A stretch of 64,000 nucleotides of DNA from an uncultured delta proteobacterium. GTDB taxonomy: Bacteria; Desulfobacterota; Binatia; UBA9968. The stretch's first letter is position 1. Each line of letters opens with the position of its first letter. The stretch spans positions 32,001-96,000 of the forward strand of contig CAVTUQ010000038.1 of assembly GCA_963737905.1 (NCBI GenBank), given 5' to 3'. The position numbers and the translations under genes were made by a program. Of the stretch, positions 31,423 to 43,695 are shown piece after piece. The notes beneath the pieces were generated by a model. That model was not told where the DNA came from and searched no databases. It saw only the letters and a program-made list of their open reading frames with translations.

Positions 31423-31886
31423 CTAAACTCCCCACGCCTTCCAGCCTGGGGGCAGGTCCTTTCCCATAAGCCGCGCATAGAGGATCCACTGTCCGTGATG
31501 GAGAGTCTCGTGCGCAAGCATGCGCATCAGGTGTTGAAAGACGCCGGCCATTTCATCTCCCCACTCGATGGTCGCATTCCAATCCACTCGCTCCACAGCC
31601 TGCACCAATTCTCGGTCCAGTGCTCGTAGATAAGCTTTTAACGCATTTTTGGAACAACCGCCTCGATAGCGCTTGTTTTTGTAGTCGAACCTGATCTTTT
31701 TACTATTCAAAGCTTCCTGGAAGCACTCCTGAAGACGGCCGACGTGGCGGAATTGCTTCCAGAAGGGCCCAACATCTGGACCGGGAATTTCGGCCTAACT
31801 CATCATCGGTGAGCGAGTCGAGAAGCTCAAGGGTTAGTCCCGCGCGTAAATTTCCATTCAGTTTTAAAGAGATCCAAGTCGGTCAT
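31423..31886 (-). CDS. DinB family protein, two apparent +1 frameshifts
   Basis: MTDLDLFKTEWKFTRG / LTLELLDSLTDDEL / PFWKQFRHVG...MLAHETLHHGQWILYARLMG. Confidence 0.65.
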
Positions 31887-32589
31887 TTGTCTTCCCGCGC
31901 TTAGCCTTTACCAGCTGCAACACCTCGACCAAACTTGCGATCGTGGCTCCCTGCCATTCCCTGGCTTCTTGATGCAACCGGCCATCATTTTTTTGTGACG
32001 GCGTCCGAATTAGCACCGGGTGCAACCCGACCTTACCAGCAGCGGTCAATTCGTAATCTTCTCCATCGGCGATGTAGAGGCAAGTTTCAGGCATGACGCC
32101 GAGGCGCTCGCAAGCGAGATGATAAATCCGGGAGTCCGGTTTTTTAAGGCGTTCTCGGCTAGAAAAAATTGCTGTATCAAATAAATCAGCAAAAGCTGTT
32201 TCCTGCCAGAGAATCGGGATTTCGATGGAACAATTGCTGAGGAGGCCTATTTTATAACCCTGGTTCTTCAGTTCGCTGGGCGTATTGATGGCATGCGGCC
32301 TGGGTTGCAGCGCCTTTCGGATGTATTGCATGCGAATCTCAACTGTTCTCTCAATCTGTTCCGCTTGCGGGCTCGCTTTCATGGCGTCGCAAACATATTC
32401 GATATTGGCTTCCACACTGTCGAAGACACCGATAATTCGCATCTTCGCCGTTTGCCCCCAAAACTGCATAAATTGCTCATAGGGCACGCTAAGGGCCGCG
32501 GCCATCTCCTGATGCATATGGCCTACCGAGGATCCAAAGTCATCCACCAATGTCCCAAATAAATCGAAAAAGACCGCCTTAAATTTCAT
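31864..32589 (-). CDS. HAD family hydrolase
   Basis: FFDLFGTL, LLSN, KKPD.RIY, YIADG. Confidence 0.88.
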   Translation of the reverse strand: MKFKAVFFDLFGTLVDDFGSSVGHMHQEMAAALSVPYEQFMQFWGQTAKMRIIGVFDSVEANIEYVCDAMKASPQAEQIERTVEIRMQYIRKALQPRPHAINTPSELKNQGYKIGLLSNCSIEIPILWQETAFADLFDTAIFSSRERLKKPDSRIYHLACERLGVMPETCLYIADGEDYELTAAGKVGLHPVLIRTPSQKNDGRLHQEAREWQGATIASLVEVLQLVKAKRGKTNDRLGSL

Positions 32590-32604
32590 GTGACTTGCCG
32601 ATCG

Positions 32605-33994
32605 TCAAGGTCGCTCCGCGCGCGCCGCCTTAATCTTTGGTCCGTTCGGCGTATCTTCGATTTCGTATCCAGCCTGCCTCACTTGCTCACGCAAGGCATC
32701 CGCATCCTTCCACTGTTTTGAAGTGCGTGCCTTCTCGCGCTCTGCCACAAGAGCCATTATCTCCGGCGGTATGACCGCCTCTTCCGGTTGCCATTCTGCT
32801 AATCGCAGTCCCAATACTCGGTCAAACTGTAATAACGTGGCCTTTTTCGTTGCAGGGGACAAATCGTCTTTCACCAACTCCCACACTACTGCCAGTGCGC
32901 GCGGCATGTTCAAGTCTTCGTTGATCTGCTCTTTAAATCGATTCACGTAGGTCAGATCACCTTCACCGGGCTGTCCCCAGTCATGCGTTGCCGTCCGTAA
33001 GCGTTGCAACGCTGTGGCGGCTGCATCGAGCGCCTCCCAGGTAAAGCTCAGCTTTGCTCGATAATGAGCGCCCAGGCAAAAGTACCGATATGCCAGCGGA
33101 TCATATCCCTGATCGATCAAGGTCTGCGTGCGCAAAAAGTCCCTGGCTGATTTCGCCATCTTCGTTTGCTCGAAAAGCAAAAAATGACCATGCATCCAGA
33201 AGTTGGCGAGACGCGTGCCGTGGCAGGCTTCGGTCTGGGCGATTTCATTCGTGTGATGAACCGGACACATGATCTTCACCGCCGCAATGAATGTCAAAAA
33301 AAGTACCCAGGTATTTAGCTGACATAGCCGAACATTCAATGTGCCATCCGGGAAAGCCGACGCCCCATGGGCTATCCCATTCCATCTGGCGCTTTTGATC
33401 AGGCGGACTAAATTTCCACAGAGCAAAGTCTGTCGAGTTGCGCTTTTCTCCCTTGTCAACGCGCGCTCCGGCACGCAGGCCGCTGGTATCCAGCCGGGCG
33501 AGGTGCCCATAGCCGGGGAGATGGGATGTGTCAAAATAGATCCCGTCGGATGTGCGATAAGTGAAGCCCTTTGATTCGATGCACCGGATCATTTCGATCT
33601 GCTCTGGAATGTGATGGGTCGCCCTGGACCAAATCGTCGGTTCAAGAATATTGAGCCGCGTCAAATCTTTCTTGAACTCCAGGGTGTAATAGTCGGCAAT
33701 TTCCCACGCGGATTTTCCAGCGCGGCGAGCGCCCACCTCCATTTTATCCTCGCCGGTATCCGCGTCCGATACCAGGTGGCCCACATCGGTAATGTTCATT
33801 ACATGCTTGACTTTGTAGCCGTTGAATTCGAGTACCCGACGAAGGATATCTTCAAAAACATAGGTGCGCAGATTGCCGATATGCGCGTAATCGTAAACGG
33901 TCGGACCACAGGCATAGATGCGGACTTCGGCGGGATCGAGAGGTTCAAAATCACGCAGGCTGCGCGTGTATGTGTCAAATAATCGTAGGGTCAT
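32605..33994 (-). CDS. cysS: Cysteinyl-tRNA synthetase, one frameshift near 33268
   Basis: [34 protein letters not shown] / [28 protein letters not shown]. Confidence 0.95.
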
Positions 33995-34038
33995 AAGTCG
34001 CTCATCTCATTGCCACTAGACCACCGGGATTTAGAAGC

Positions 34039-35976
34039 TTATGCTTGAAGGTTCTCTATGTTCACCGGCTCTACAGAATCGGCCAATTTAAAACCAAAGA
34101 CCTTCGAGTAGAAATACAACTCCGCTTCAAGGACCCGCTTGATATTCTCTGCTTTTCGAAAACCGTGCTGCTCGCCCTCGAAAGTGAGGTAAGCGACGGG
34201 TAGCTTCTTAGCGCGCATGGCCTCAACCATCTTCTCCGCTTGATTGGGCGGAACAACTTTGTCCTCTAACCCTTGGAAGAGAATCATCGGACAAGACAGG
34301 CGGTCAGTGAAATGAATCGGCGATCGTTCCACGTAGAGATCACGCCGTTCCGGGTAAGGGCCGATCAGGGTGTCGAGATAGCGCGACTCGAACTTATGGG
34401 TGTCTTTTGCCAGAGCTTCCAAATCACTGATCCCATAGTGGCTGGCGCCGGCTTTGAAAGTGTCACGGAAGGTCAGCGCACAGAGTGTCGTGTAGCCACC
34501 CGCGCTTCCGCCACGAATCGCCAAGCGATTGCCGTCAACAAATCCACGCTCGACAAGATAGCGCGCGCCATTGACGCAGTCATCGACATCGACGATACCC
34601 CACTTACCCTTGAGCCGTTCTCGGTATTCACGCCCGTAGCCCGAGCTGCCGCCGTAATTTACGTCGAGTACGGCGATCCCGCGGCTAGTCCAGTATTGGA
34701 TTGAATACTTCAGTGATGCGGAGCTCGACGAGGTCGGCCCGCCGTGGCTCATGACTACCAGCGGCGGTTTTTCGTTCGCCGGCGCGGCGTAATCCCGATT
34801 CCGCGGCGGATAGAAATGGCCATGAGCGGTAAGACCGCCCTCCGTTGGAAACTCAATGGCTCGGGGATTGGTGAGGTATCCGGCATCGACAACTCTTTCT
34901 CGTGATCTCCGTAACACCTCCAGCTCTCTCGTAGCCAAATTTAGTGAGACGATTGACGTCGGCTCAGTCGATGACGCGCCGATGAAAACGACGCGGTCAT
35001 CAGTGGCATGGACTTGAGAGATCGCGGTGAAGGGAAGTTCGATGTCATCGAGCACTCTGGTTAAGGTGTCCAGTGTAGCCAGGTAATCACGGCCGTTTTT
35101 AGTGTAGCTGCAGACGATCCGTCTGGCGGATGCAAATCCGTAAAGGGCAGAGGAAAAGACCCACTGAGGCTGGCCAAACTCGGCATCCATTGGACATAGG
35201 GGTTCGACTTTTTCATCTCGCCACCGGTAAATGTTCCACCACCCCGAGCGGTCAGAACCAAAGTACAGGGTGCCGTCCGGCGACCATTCCGGCTGGAAAA
35301 TGGATTCATTGACACCGCCGGCGACTCGCACCGCTTCGACTATCGATCCGTTTCCGGTTAATTTGCCCACCCAAAGCTCCGTCCCATCCCACGGCATATT
35401 GGGATGGTTCCAGATCAGCCAAGCCAGCCGCGCGCCATCTGGACTAAGGCGTGGCGAGGAGTAAAAATCATTTCCTGAGACCAGTATCCGTCCTGCGTTT
35501 TCTACCTGGAGGTCGATGCTCACCAGAGTATTGATCGCCTCCCCGTGACCGGTATGGTCCTCGCGTACGCAGAAAAAAAGATTTCGCCGGCGGTCGATCA
35601 CCGCGTCGGCATAACGCATGTCTGCAGCTGGGGTCAAAGTCTTAGGTTCCGACCCCGGCTGTTGAACATAGAGACGCTGGTCGGCGAAATTCGAGAAGAC
35701 AATGGTCCCGTCTGAAACGGAGTAGTCGCCGCCGCCGTATTCGTGCACACGCGTGCGGGCATTGAAGCCGACGGGCGGCGTCATGTCCGTCACCCGTCCA
35801 TCCGGCGAACGGCAAACAATGACCTTTCTCCCGCCTTCTTGAGATCGCCGCTCGATCCAATAGATATCGCCGTCGTCAAGCTTTACCTGTTCAAGTCCAA
35901 CTTCGCCCGCCGCGACGATGTCGGCGGTAATCGGCGACTTCCAGGATCCGTAAGCGGCCACATTTGGATATGCCAT
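34039..35976 (-). CDS. S9 family prolyl oligopeptidase/acylaminoacyl peptidase
   Basis: [31 protein letters not shown]. Confidence 0.93.
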   Translation of the reverse strand: MAYPNVAAYGSWKSPITADIVAAGEVGLEQVKLDDGDIYWIERRSQEGGRKVIVCRSPDGRVTDMTPPVGFNARTRVHEYGGGDYSVSDGTIVFSNFADQRLYVQQPGSEPKTLTPAADMRYADAVIDRRRNLFFCVREDHTGHGEAINTLVSIDLQVENAGRILVSGNDFYSSPRLSPDGARLAWLIWNHPNMPWDGTELWVGKLTGNGSIVEAVRVAGGVNESIFQPEWSPDGTLYFGSDRSGWWNIYRWRDEKVEPLCPMDAEFGQPQWVFSSALYGFASARRIVCSYTKNGRDYLATLDTLTRVLDDIELPFTAISQVHATDDRVVFIGASSTEPTSIVSLNLATRELEVLRRSRERVVDAGYLTNPRAIEFPTEGGLTAHGHFYPPRNRDYAAPANEKPPLVVMSHGGPTSSSSASLKYSIQYWTSRGIAVLDVNYGGSSGYGREYRERLKGKWGIVDVDDCVNGARYLVERGFVDGNRLAIRGGSAGGYTTLCALTFRDTFKAGASHYGISDLEALAKDTHKFESRYLDTLIGPYPERRDLYVERSPIHFTDRLSCPMILFQGLEDKVVPPNQAEKMVEAMRAKKLPVAYLTFEGEQHGFRKAENIKRVLEAELYFYSKVFGFKLADSVEPVNIENLQA

Positions 35977-35997
35977 ACGCCGTTTCAGAGTTCCTTT

Positions 35998-38631
35998 CTA
36001 AGGAGCGGTCGTTTCTTGCGTCGCTAAGGCCGCATTCACTTTGAATTGTCCCTCCGGGATAAGCTCCTCAGTTAGCACGGCGGAGGGGGCGTTGGTCACC
36101 GATAACAGATCGCCCAAGACGGAGCGAATGGCGTCCAGTGTTTTTGCCGAACCGGTGATCTTTAGCTCGCGCAACGGAGTTTTGACGCTCACCTTGGCTT
36201 CACTTTTGATTCTACGCACTTCAAAAAGCACTTTCACTGCTGCCCCGTATGGATCTTCCTCCAACGGAAGGCCTACGTCCGCGAGTTCGTCCATCGTTGG
36301 CCACGAGGCAATGTGAATCGACTGTTCTCTGCCATGCGAGGTGGCAAACAGCCAGCTCCACACTTCTTCCGTAATGAAGGGTAGATAGGGAGCGAACAGC
36401 CGCAACTGTACTGACAGCACAATTTTGAGCGTCGCCAAGGCCGAACGTTTGCCCGGTGTCGATTCAGCGCTGTAGGCGCGAACCTTGACGAGCTCGAGAT
36501 AGTTGTCACACAGGTCGGACCAGAAAAAATCTTCAATGACCTGAAGCGCACCGGCGAACTCGAAAGTCTCGAATTCCTTCCCGGCTCTACGCACCGTCTC
36601 CCGCAGGCGCTCGATAAAGCTCTGATCAAGGGGCTCGGTAATATCTCTCGGATTCAGCGACATCAGATCTTGGCCCAAGAGATGACCCGCGACGAATTTA
36701 GCGGCATTGAAGAGTTTGATCCCCAAGCGTTTCCCATTGCTGAAGACGGCTTCGTCATACGCGGTGTCGACTCCGAGACGGGCGCGCGCGGCCCAGTAGC
36801 GCACGGCATCGCTGGAATACCGCTCCAACAGATGGTTGGGTGTGATGACGTTACCGCGGCTCTTCGACATTTTCTTGCGGTCCGGATCGAGGATCCACCC
36901 ACTGATAACGATGTTGTGCCAGGGTACGGTTTGCTCATGGAGATAGGCTTTGACGATTGTATAGAACGCCCAGGTCCGGATGATCTCGTGGCTTTGCGGA
37001 CGGATATCCATGGGAAACAGTTTGCGGTGCCGCTCGGGATCGTCGGCCCAATGACTTGCAATCTGCGGGGTCAACGAACTCGTGGCCCAGGTATCCATGA
37101 CATCGGGATCGCCGATGAAGCCGTTGGCTTGGCCACGTGTCGCCTCCGCGAATCCAGGTGCAGGCTGGGCGAGCGGATCCACTGGAAGTTGGCTCAGGTC
37201 CGGTAAGATGGGTTGATCGTAGCGGGGTTGCCCCCGCTCATCCAATCGATACCAGACTGGAAATGGCACGCCGAAGTAGCGCTGCCGGCTGATGCTCCAA
37301 TCCTGATTGAGTCCTTCGACCCAGTTTTCATAGCGCGATCGCATGAACGACGGGTGCCACTGGATACGCGCACCTTGCTCGAGTAGAGCTTTTTTCTTGT
37401 CCAATAACCTGACAAACCACTGGCGCGTGGAGATGAATTCGAGCGGTCGCTCGCCCTTCTCGTAAAATTTTACGGCATGCTCGATACGCTGAGGCTCTTG
37501 GGTCAATGGCGGGCCGAGTCCTGGAAGAGCGCTGCCTCTTTCCTCGCGGAGAAGATCAGTGATGGCCTTCCTCGCTTGCTGGACGTGTTTCCCTTGCAAC
37601 CCCTCGTAGAACGCGTTGGCCGCATCTGGATCGAGGCTTTCCCATCCTGGGGAGCCGAACTGCAGGGGTATAAGCCGGCCGTCTTTGCCGATAATTTGTC
37701 GCAGCGGCAGATCGAACTGTCGCCACCACTCCACGTCGGTGGCATCACCGAAGGTGCACACCATGAGAATGCCGGTGCCTTTTTCGATACTTGCGCGCTC
37801 ATCGGCAAGGATCGGTACCGGAACGCGGAAGAGTGGTGTAACGGCGTTTTTGCCGAAGAGCGCCTGATACCGCTGGTCGTCCGGATGAGCCACAACAGCG
37901 ACGCAGGCAGCTAATAACTCGGGCCGCGTTGTCGCGACGACAAACGAACCGCCGCCTTCGACACCGAAGCGGATATGATGGAATGCCCCTGTGAGCGGCC
38001 GATCTTCGACCTCCGCCTGCGCGACCGCAGTTTGAAAATCCACATCCCATAGAGTCGGCGCTTCGGTGGCGTAGGCGTGTCCCTCTGCGAGCAGCTTTAA
38101 GAAGCTGAGCTGAGACGTCCTTCGGCAATGATCGTCAATCGTTGCATACTCTTGCTCCCAATCGATCGACAGTCCGAGTTGCTGCCACAGCTCCTGGAAA
38201 GCTTGCTCGTCGATTTGCGTGAGCTGCCGGCAGAGCTCGATGAAGTTGGGCCGGCTGATCATTTCGGGAGGTTCCTTTGGGTTACTTCGGGGTTTGAAAT
38301 TTGGCACGTAAGGGAGGTAGGGATCGCAGCGAACGTTGAAGAAGTTCTGCACCCGCCGTTCGGTGGGCAAACCGTTGTCATCCCACCCCATGGGGTAGAA
38401 GATATTCATTCCCGCCATGCGACGCTGGCGCACGATCAAATCCTGATGGGTGTAGCTGAACACGTGGCCGACATGGAGGGAACCGCTTACGGTCGGCGGC
38501 GGAGAGTCCACAACGAAAGACTCGGCCCGAGGGCGCGCCGGATCCCAGCGATAAATTCCCATTTCCTGCCATCGAGTGCGCCATTTGCTCTCGACTTCTT
38601 TGGGCACGTATTGTTTCGGCAGTTGGATCAT
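35998..38631 (-). CDS. valS: Valyl-tRNA synthetase (short type-2 form)
   Basis: PPTVSGSLHVGH, GWDDNGLPTE, DWSISRQR, DTWATSS, KMSKS. Confidence 0.95.
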   Translation of the reverse strand: MIQLPKQYVPKEVESKWRTRWQEMGIYRWDPARPRAESFVVDSPPPTVSGSLHVGHVFSYTHQDLIVRQRRMAGMNIFYPMGWDDNGLPTERRVQNFFNVRCDPYLPYVPNFKPRSNPKEPPEMISRPNFIELCRQLTQIDEQAFQELWQQLGLSIDWEQEYATIDDHCRRTSQLSFLKLLAEGHAYATEAPTLWDVDFQTAVAQAEVEDRPLTGAFHHIRFGVEGGGSFVVATTRPELLAACVAVVAHPDDQRYQALFGKNAVTPLFRVPVPILADERASIEKGTGILMVCTFGDATDVEWWRQFDLPLRQIIGKDGRLIPLQFGSPGWESLDPDAANAFYEGLQGKHVQQARKAITDLLREERGSALPGLGPPLTQEPQRIEHAVKFYEKGERPLEFISTRQWFVRLLDKKKALLEQGARIQWHPSFMRSRYENWVEGLNQDWSISRQRYFGVPFPVWYRLDERGQPRYDQPILPDLSQLPVDPLAQPAPGFAEATRGQANGFIGDPDVMDTWATSSLTPQIASHWADDPERHRKLFPMDIRPQSHEIIRTWAFYTIVKAYLHEQTVPWHNIVISGWILDPDRKKMSKSRGNVITPNHLLERYSSDAVRYWAARARLGVDTAYDEAVFSNGKRLGIKLFNAAKFVAGHLLGQDLMSLNPRDITEPLDQSFIERLRETVRRAGKEFETFEFAGALQVIEDFFWSDLCDNYLELVKVRAYSAESTPGKRSALATLKIVLSVQLRLFAPYLPFITEEVWSWLFATSHGREQSIHIASWPTMDELADVGLPLEEDPYGAAVKVLFEVRRIKSEAKVSVKTPLRELKITGSAKTLDAIRSVLGDLLSVTNAPSAVLTEELIPEGQFKVNAALATQETTAP

Positions 38632-38740
38632 GAAATATCCTCAAACCAATATTAACCGCTCAGGGGCGCTGTTGGCTAGTAGCGATATGGAGACGACGAA
38701 AGTAGTTCAGTCGAGAGCTCAACGGACAAAAATGCGAAAC

Positions 38741-39892
38741 CTATGCTTGTTGGCTTGCGGTGAGTCTCAGCAATTGCCGCGCATTTCCATGCAGCATAGC
38801 GGCTCGTTCCGCATCCGTGCAAGTCATCTGTTGGATCTTTTCGGCCGCCATCGAGTCGCCGAGATCGTAAGGATAATCAGTTCCGACCATTACGTGATCT
38901 GCGCCGACCATCCGCTTTAAGTATTCGACGGTTTCAATTCGATAGACCAAATTGTCGAAGTAGAGGTTCTTTAGATATTTGCTGGGTGGTTGCGCGGCGG
39001 GAAGGGGACGGCGTTCAAGGCTCCTCGCAAAGTTATTGTCGAACCGACCCAGATGATAAGGAAAAAAGCCGCCGCCGTGCAGCAGCGCGAGCTTCAAGTT
39101 TGGAAAGCGATCGAACACGCCGCTGTAGATCATGTAACCCACCGACAGGGTCGTATCGGCGGGATTGCCGCAGACCGTGCGCAGCCCAAAGCCGCCCATT
39201 TTTTCATCGCCCGCAATCCACTCCGGATGCATGATCATCAAGACGTCGAGCTCCTGGGCCTTCGCCCAGAACGGATCGAAGTCTTGATTGTCGTAGTATT
39301 TGCCGACGACGTTGGAAGCGATGGTCACTCCGGACATCTTAAGGTCGCGAATGGCGTGATCCAGGACGCGGGCGGCGCGCGGTGGATCCTGGAGCGGCAC
39401 GGTTGCGATACCGGTGAAGCGGGTGGGATGGCGTTTGACCAAATTTTGAATTGCCTCGTTATAGAGTTTACACCAGGATTCACCGCGCTGGCCGTCGAGC
39501 TCGTAGCCCACGGCACTGGTTTGAACTTCGACGGTGGCGATGGCGATATTTCCCTGATTCATGATCTCCATGCGCTTTTCGACTTCCACGAGACGCGGAT
39601 CCAAGCTGAGCCGGTTACCCTTGGGGAAACGTATCGCGCCATTCGCTTGCCGGCTGTCCTTGGGCGGGATGAATTCAATGCCCAGCGCCTTCCCGTGGTT
39701 CTTAATCTCTGTGAATAGCTCGGGGGCAAAATAGTGATGGTGGATATCGATGGCACGCTCTGCGCTCGCCGCGCCGTTTCGAGCGCCGTTCATCGAAGCG
39801 CAACCGGACAAGAGCCCGGTTGAAACTACAGCGGTTTTACTCGCAAACTTTAGAAAGTCGCGTCTGGAAATTGTCAACAACTCTTTGTCCAT
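38741..39892 (-). CDS. Amidohydrolase-2 (ACMSD-like) protein with a Tat/lipoprotein signal
   Basis: SRRDFLK and LLSGC; IDIHHH, MHP, HGGG..PY..GR, GTDYPY. Confidence 0.85.
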   Translation of the reverse strand: MDKELLTISRRDFLKFASKTAVVSTGLLSGCASMNGARNGAASAERAIDIHHHYFAPELFTEIKNHGKALGIEFIPPKDSRQANGAIRFPKGNRLSLDPRLVEVEKRMEIMNQGNIAIATVEVQTSAVGYELDGQRGESWCKLYNEAIQNLVKRHPTRFTGIATVPLQDPPRAARVLDHAIRDLKMSGVTIASNVVGKYYDNQDFDPFWAKAQELDVLMIMHPEWIAGDEKMGGFGLRTVCGNPADTTLSVGYMIYSGVFDRFPNLKLALLHGGGFFPYHLGRFDNNFARSLERRPLPAAQPPSKYLKNLYFDNLVYRIETVEYLKRMVGADHVMVGTDYPYDLGDSMAAEKIQQMTCTDAERAAMLHGNARQLLRLTASQQA

Positions 39893-40076
39893 GGCGTACC
39901 TCCTGTCCGGGTTTTGGAAACGTTAGTATCAAGAATGATGTCAATTGCAAGGGATTTCTGTTTGAGATTGTCGGCGCTGGATTAGCTTGCTCATTCAATC
40001 CTGTCAATGGTAGCATTCTCAGAGATTTTGCTTGAACGAATAAGTGGAGTGATTTCTTCGCCCGCTGAGGAATGCG

Positions 40077-42028
40077 ATGTCTGAATTTCAATTTGGTGGC
40101 GATGTCGTTTGGCGGCCGAGCGATGAGCTCGTCGCAGGGAGCCGGTTAAAAAAATTCATGGAGGGGCATGGCATCGCGAGCCTCGAAGAATTGCAGCGGC
40201 GCTCCACGGAGGACATCGAATGGTTCTGGACCGCCGTGCTCCGAGAGCTTGGAATTGAATTTTACGAGCCCTACGAGCGGATTCTCGATACCTCACGCGG
40301 CATTGCCTGGTCACGCTGGTGCTGCGGCGGAAAAATGAACATCGTCCATAACTGTCTGGAGAAATGGAAAGGGACGCCGGTTGCGCGTCGCGAGGCGATC
40401 CGTTGGGAAGGAGAAAATGGCGAGACTCGTACTCTCACCTACGAAGAACTGATCACGAGGTTTGCCGTTTGGCTGAACGCGCTCCAAGCGCTCGGCATGG
40501 AGAAAGGGGGATGTGGCGGCGCTCTTCATGCCCATGATGCCTGAGACCGTCGCAGCATTGTTTGCTGTGATCAAACTCGGCGGGATCATTCTTCCGTTGT
40601 TTTCCGGCTATGGCGCTGCGGCGGTGGCCGAACGCTTGCGCGACAGCGAGGCAAAGTTTCTGTTTACCGTCGATGGATTTTACCGGAGAGGTCAGCATGT
40701 ACTCCTAAAATCTGTTGCCGACGAGGCTGTTTCTGCTTCATCGGTCCAGCATGTCCTTGTTCTTAAGCGGCTTGGGATTTCGATTCCGTGGACTCCGGGC
40801 CGCGACTTGTGGTGGCATGAGGTAGTCGGGCGACAGAGCGAGGAAGCAGAAACGGAACGAACCGACGCTGAAGATCCCATGATGCTCATTTACACCTCGG
40901 GGACGACCGGCCGGCCTAAGGGCGCCGTTCACACCCACTGTGGGTTTCCGATCAAGGCCGCCCAGGACATGCTGCTTGGCTTCGATGTTCGACAAGAAGA
41001 CGTTCTTTACTGGGTGACGGACATGGGATGGATGATGGGGCCGTGGGAGGTTTTCGGCACAACCCTGCTCGGTGCGACAATGGTTCTTTACGAGGGTGCT
41101 TTGGATTTTCCCGGACCGGATCGTTTGTGGTCGCTCGTCGAGCGCCATCGGGTGAGCATTCTCGGCGTCTCGCCGACGTTGATTCGGAGTCTGATGCGTC
41201 ACGGAATCGGCCCGGCGGAGCAGCATGATCTTTCAAGCTTGCGCATCCTCGGCTCCACGGGCGAGCCTTGGAATCCCGACCCGTGGCTCTGGTATTTCCA
41301 CACCGCCGGTAAAGGACGCCTCCCGATTATCAACTATTCCGGCGGTACTGAGACTTCGGGGGGCCTGGTCATGGGGAACGTTCTCACGCCGCTCAAGCCT
41401 TGCGCTTTTTCGGGACCGGTACCCGGTATCGCTGCCGATGTTGTAGATGAGGAAGGGCTTTCTGTGCGAGGCCAGGTTGGTGAGCTCGTTGTCCGCAAGC
41501 CATGGATCGGTATGACGCGCGGGCTTCTGGAAAGATCCGGAGCGTTATTTTCAAACCTACTGGAGCCGGTTCCCCGATGTTTGGGTTCACGGCGATTGGG
41601 CTGCGGTCGATGAAGATGGCCTCTGGTACATTCTGGGTCGCTCGGACGACACGATCAAAGTCGCCGGAAAGCGACTCGGCCCCGCCGAAGTTGAGTCCGT
41701 GCTCGTCGGCCACCCGGCTGTGAGCGAAGCAGCGGCCATCGGCGTCCCTGATCCGCTCAAAGGCGAGGCTCTGGTTTGCTTCTGCGTCTTGAAGCCGGAA
41801 AGTAAGGCGAGCGAAAAGCTGCGCGAAGAATTGCGCGCGATGGTGGCCGAGCAACTTGGCAAGCCGCTCAAGCCGGAAGTCTTGAAGTTTATCGACGATC
41901 TGCCGAAGACGCGCAACGCCAAGATCATGCGGCGTATCATCCGGGCGAGTTACCTGGACCAGGACCCGGGAGATCTCTCTGCGCTAGAAAATCCGCAGAG
42001 CGTGGAGGCTGTGCGCAATGCAATATAG
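40077..42028 (+). CDS. Acetyl-CoA synthetase-like AMP-dependent ligase, several frameshifts
   Basis: [50 protein letters not shown] across frames. Confidence 0.88.
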
Positions 42029-42075
42029 CGTCCTGTCTCGGAAGTTCATTAACGGATTCCTAGACCGGTTGTATC

Positions 42076-42146
42076 GTCATGCCCGCGAAAGCGGGCATCC
42101 AGAATTCTTTGAAATTCCTGGATTCCGGCTCGCGCTAAGCGCGGGC
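42076..42146. repeat. REP-like palindromic element
   Basis: gtcATGCCCGC-gaaa-GCGGGCATccag...ctggattccggctcgcgc, a GNRA-capped hairpin of the GTCATTCCCGCGAAAGCGGGAATCC type. Confidence 0.75.
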
Positions 42147-42265
42147 TGACATCTGGATACCCGAGTGGGCGGTATTTGTCGGGAGAAATAGATGTCGGCA
42201 GAAAAGATTGACAAAGCGCAGCTTGTTAAAAGATATTGTTCCAGGCTGGCCGCGCCTTGCCGAAC

Positions 42266-42961
42266 TCATCGAACTAGCCCGTTGGTTGAGCGACCCCGGC
42301 TCGTCTTGATTCTTTCATAAAACCTAATGTCTTCAGCTAAATAGTCATGAAGGATGGATATTAGCTGGTCGTTTGCCCCTATTGCATCTACTTCCGATTG
42401 GTAGTCTGGACACTTGTTGAAGTTTTCCCTAGATTCAGCGACGGGAAACGAGAATAGCTGAGAGAGTGCCCGCATATCCTCTGCAAAACTGTCCAGGAAT
42501 CCTATAAAGTCAAATTGATTCATGTCTACGCCGCCAAAATAAGTCCGCGAGAGGAGATATCTGATTGTGGGCAAGCGGATGAAATCGGGTAAAGTCAAAT
42601 GATTGTCACGCACGTAACGGAACAAACCGTGCCCCTTGTCAAAAGTTTTCCAAAAGTAATAAATCGAAATTACGTTATCTACCGGATGCCTTAAGAAAGT
42701 AATTTTCTTAGCGCATCTTACAAACTCATATTTCGAGGGGTGGAAATGACCGTGGATGACCTTCACGCCCGGTGGCCAACCGACCCCGCGCGCCTTTCGG
42801 CGACACCCTTCAGGGTCCAAGCTGTAATGGCTGCACGGGTCTGCCGGGTCATCTAGATAGTCCTGATAGACCGCGTCTTTACCGTAAGCCATGACGAGGG
42901 ATTGAAGGAGTGAACTACCACCCGCCTTCGGAAAATGGACTGAAATTATTTCTACTCGCAC
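42266..42961 (-). CDS. Sulfotransferase family protein
   Basis: 5'-PSB motif HFPKAGGSS; HGHF; 3'-PB motif TFLRHPVDNVISIYYF. Confidence 0.8.
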   Translation of the reverse strand: MRVEIISVHFPKAGGSSLLQSLVMAYGKDAVYQDYLDDPADPCSHYSLDPEGCRRKARGVGWPPGVKVIHGHFHPSKYEFVRCAKKITFLRHPVDNVISIYYFWKTFDKGHGLFRYVRDNHLTLPDFIRLPTIRYLLSRTYFGGVDMNQFDFIGFLDSFAEDMRALSQLFSFPVAESRENFNKCPDYQSEVDAIGANDQLISILHDYLAEDIRFYERIKTSRGRSTNGLVR

Positions 42962-43695
42962 CCTATCGTTCCTTTCCTACCACAAATCTCGTCAACGGCC
43001 CTTCGCAGGGTTACGATTAAACAGAACGAAGCCTCAATTGTCTCTGATGAGCAACCGTTGTGCCAGTCGAGAATCGTAACCTGGGCGGTTGACTCCTCAG
43101 CAAATTCAAAACTATACGCCGTCTCCAAGAACGAGCGGAGGGAAATTGGTCTCGAACGGAGTGTTCAAACAGATACGGTGCGTGTGGAAAAAGACACCTC
43201 TCCCATGCTCAAAGTAATCGAGGACAGTTGGATTCTCCATTTGCCTTGCCAAAAAGGCCCTCGGCCTCCTAACCATCGGCCTGAGGACGTACCTTTCCGG
43301 AAAGTCGGTGTCGCGGATCATCACAGATGTCGCAGCACTGGTTGCCCATGGGACGTCGAACAGGCCACTTCAGGGGACACGGGTTCACGGTGCTCGCCCA
43401 GTCGCTGAGCGGAAGCGTTAGCCGCCTGATTCATTTTGTAGCATATGGGGAGCAATGTAGTTTGAGATCATTGGGGGAAATCGAGGGTGTCGAACCGATC
43501 GCTATTTGGGGATCGATTCGGGATATTGCGCGGCAAGGGAAACGCTACGGGACTGGTTGTTGGCCGAAAACTGAAGGGGATGCTAGGTTCGTCTAACGAA
43601 ATAGCACCCTCAATCGAGCTGGGAAACACCGGTACGAGGCTCACGGGATCGGGAAAGTAAAAATTTAAAATCAAGGAATTTTTGGACTGGCGCAC

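Noticed and set aside
33245-33300. Programmed frameshift in cysS
   Set aside because: No slippery heptamer, and it fits the window-wide indel error pattern.
43000-43695. Short ORFs inside the islet (43058-43408, 43112-43324, 43327-43596)
   Set aside because: They overlap in conflicting frames with no recognisable domain; probably decayed sequence.
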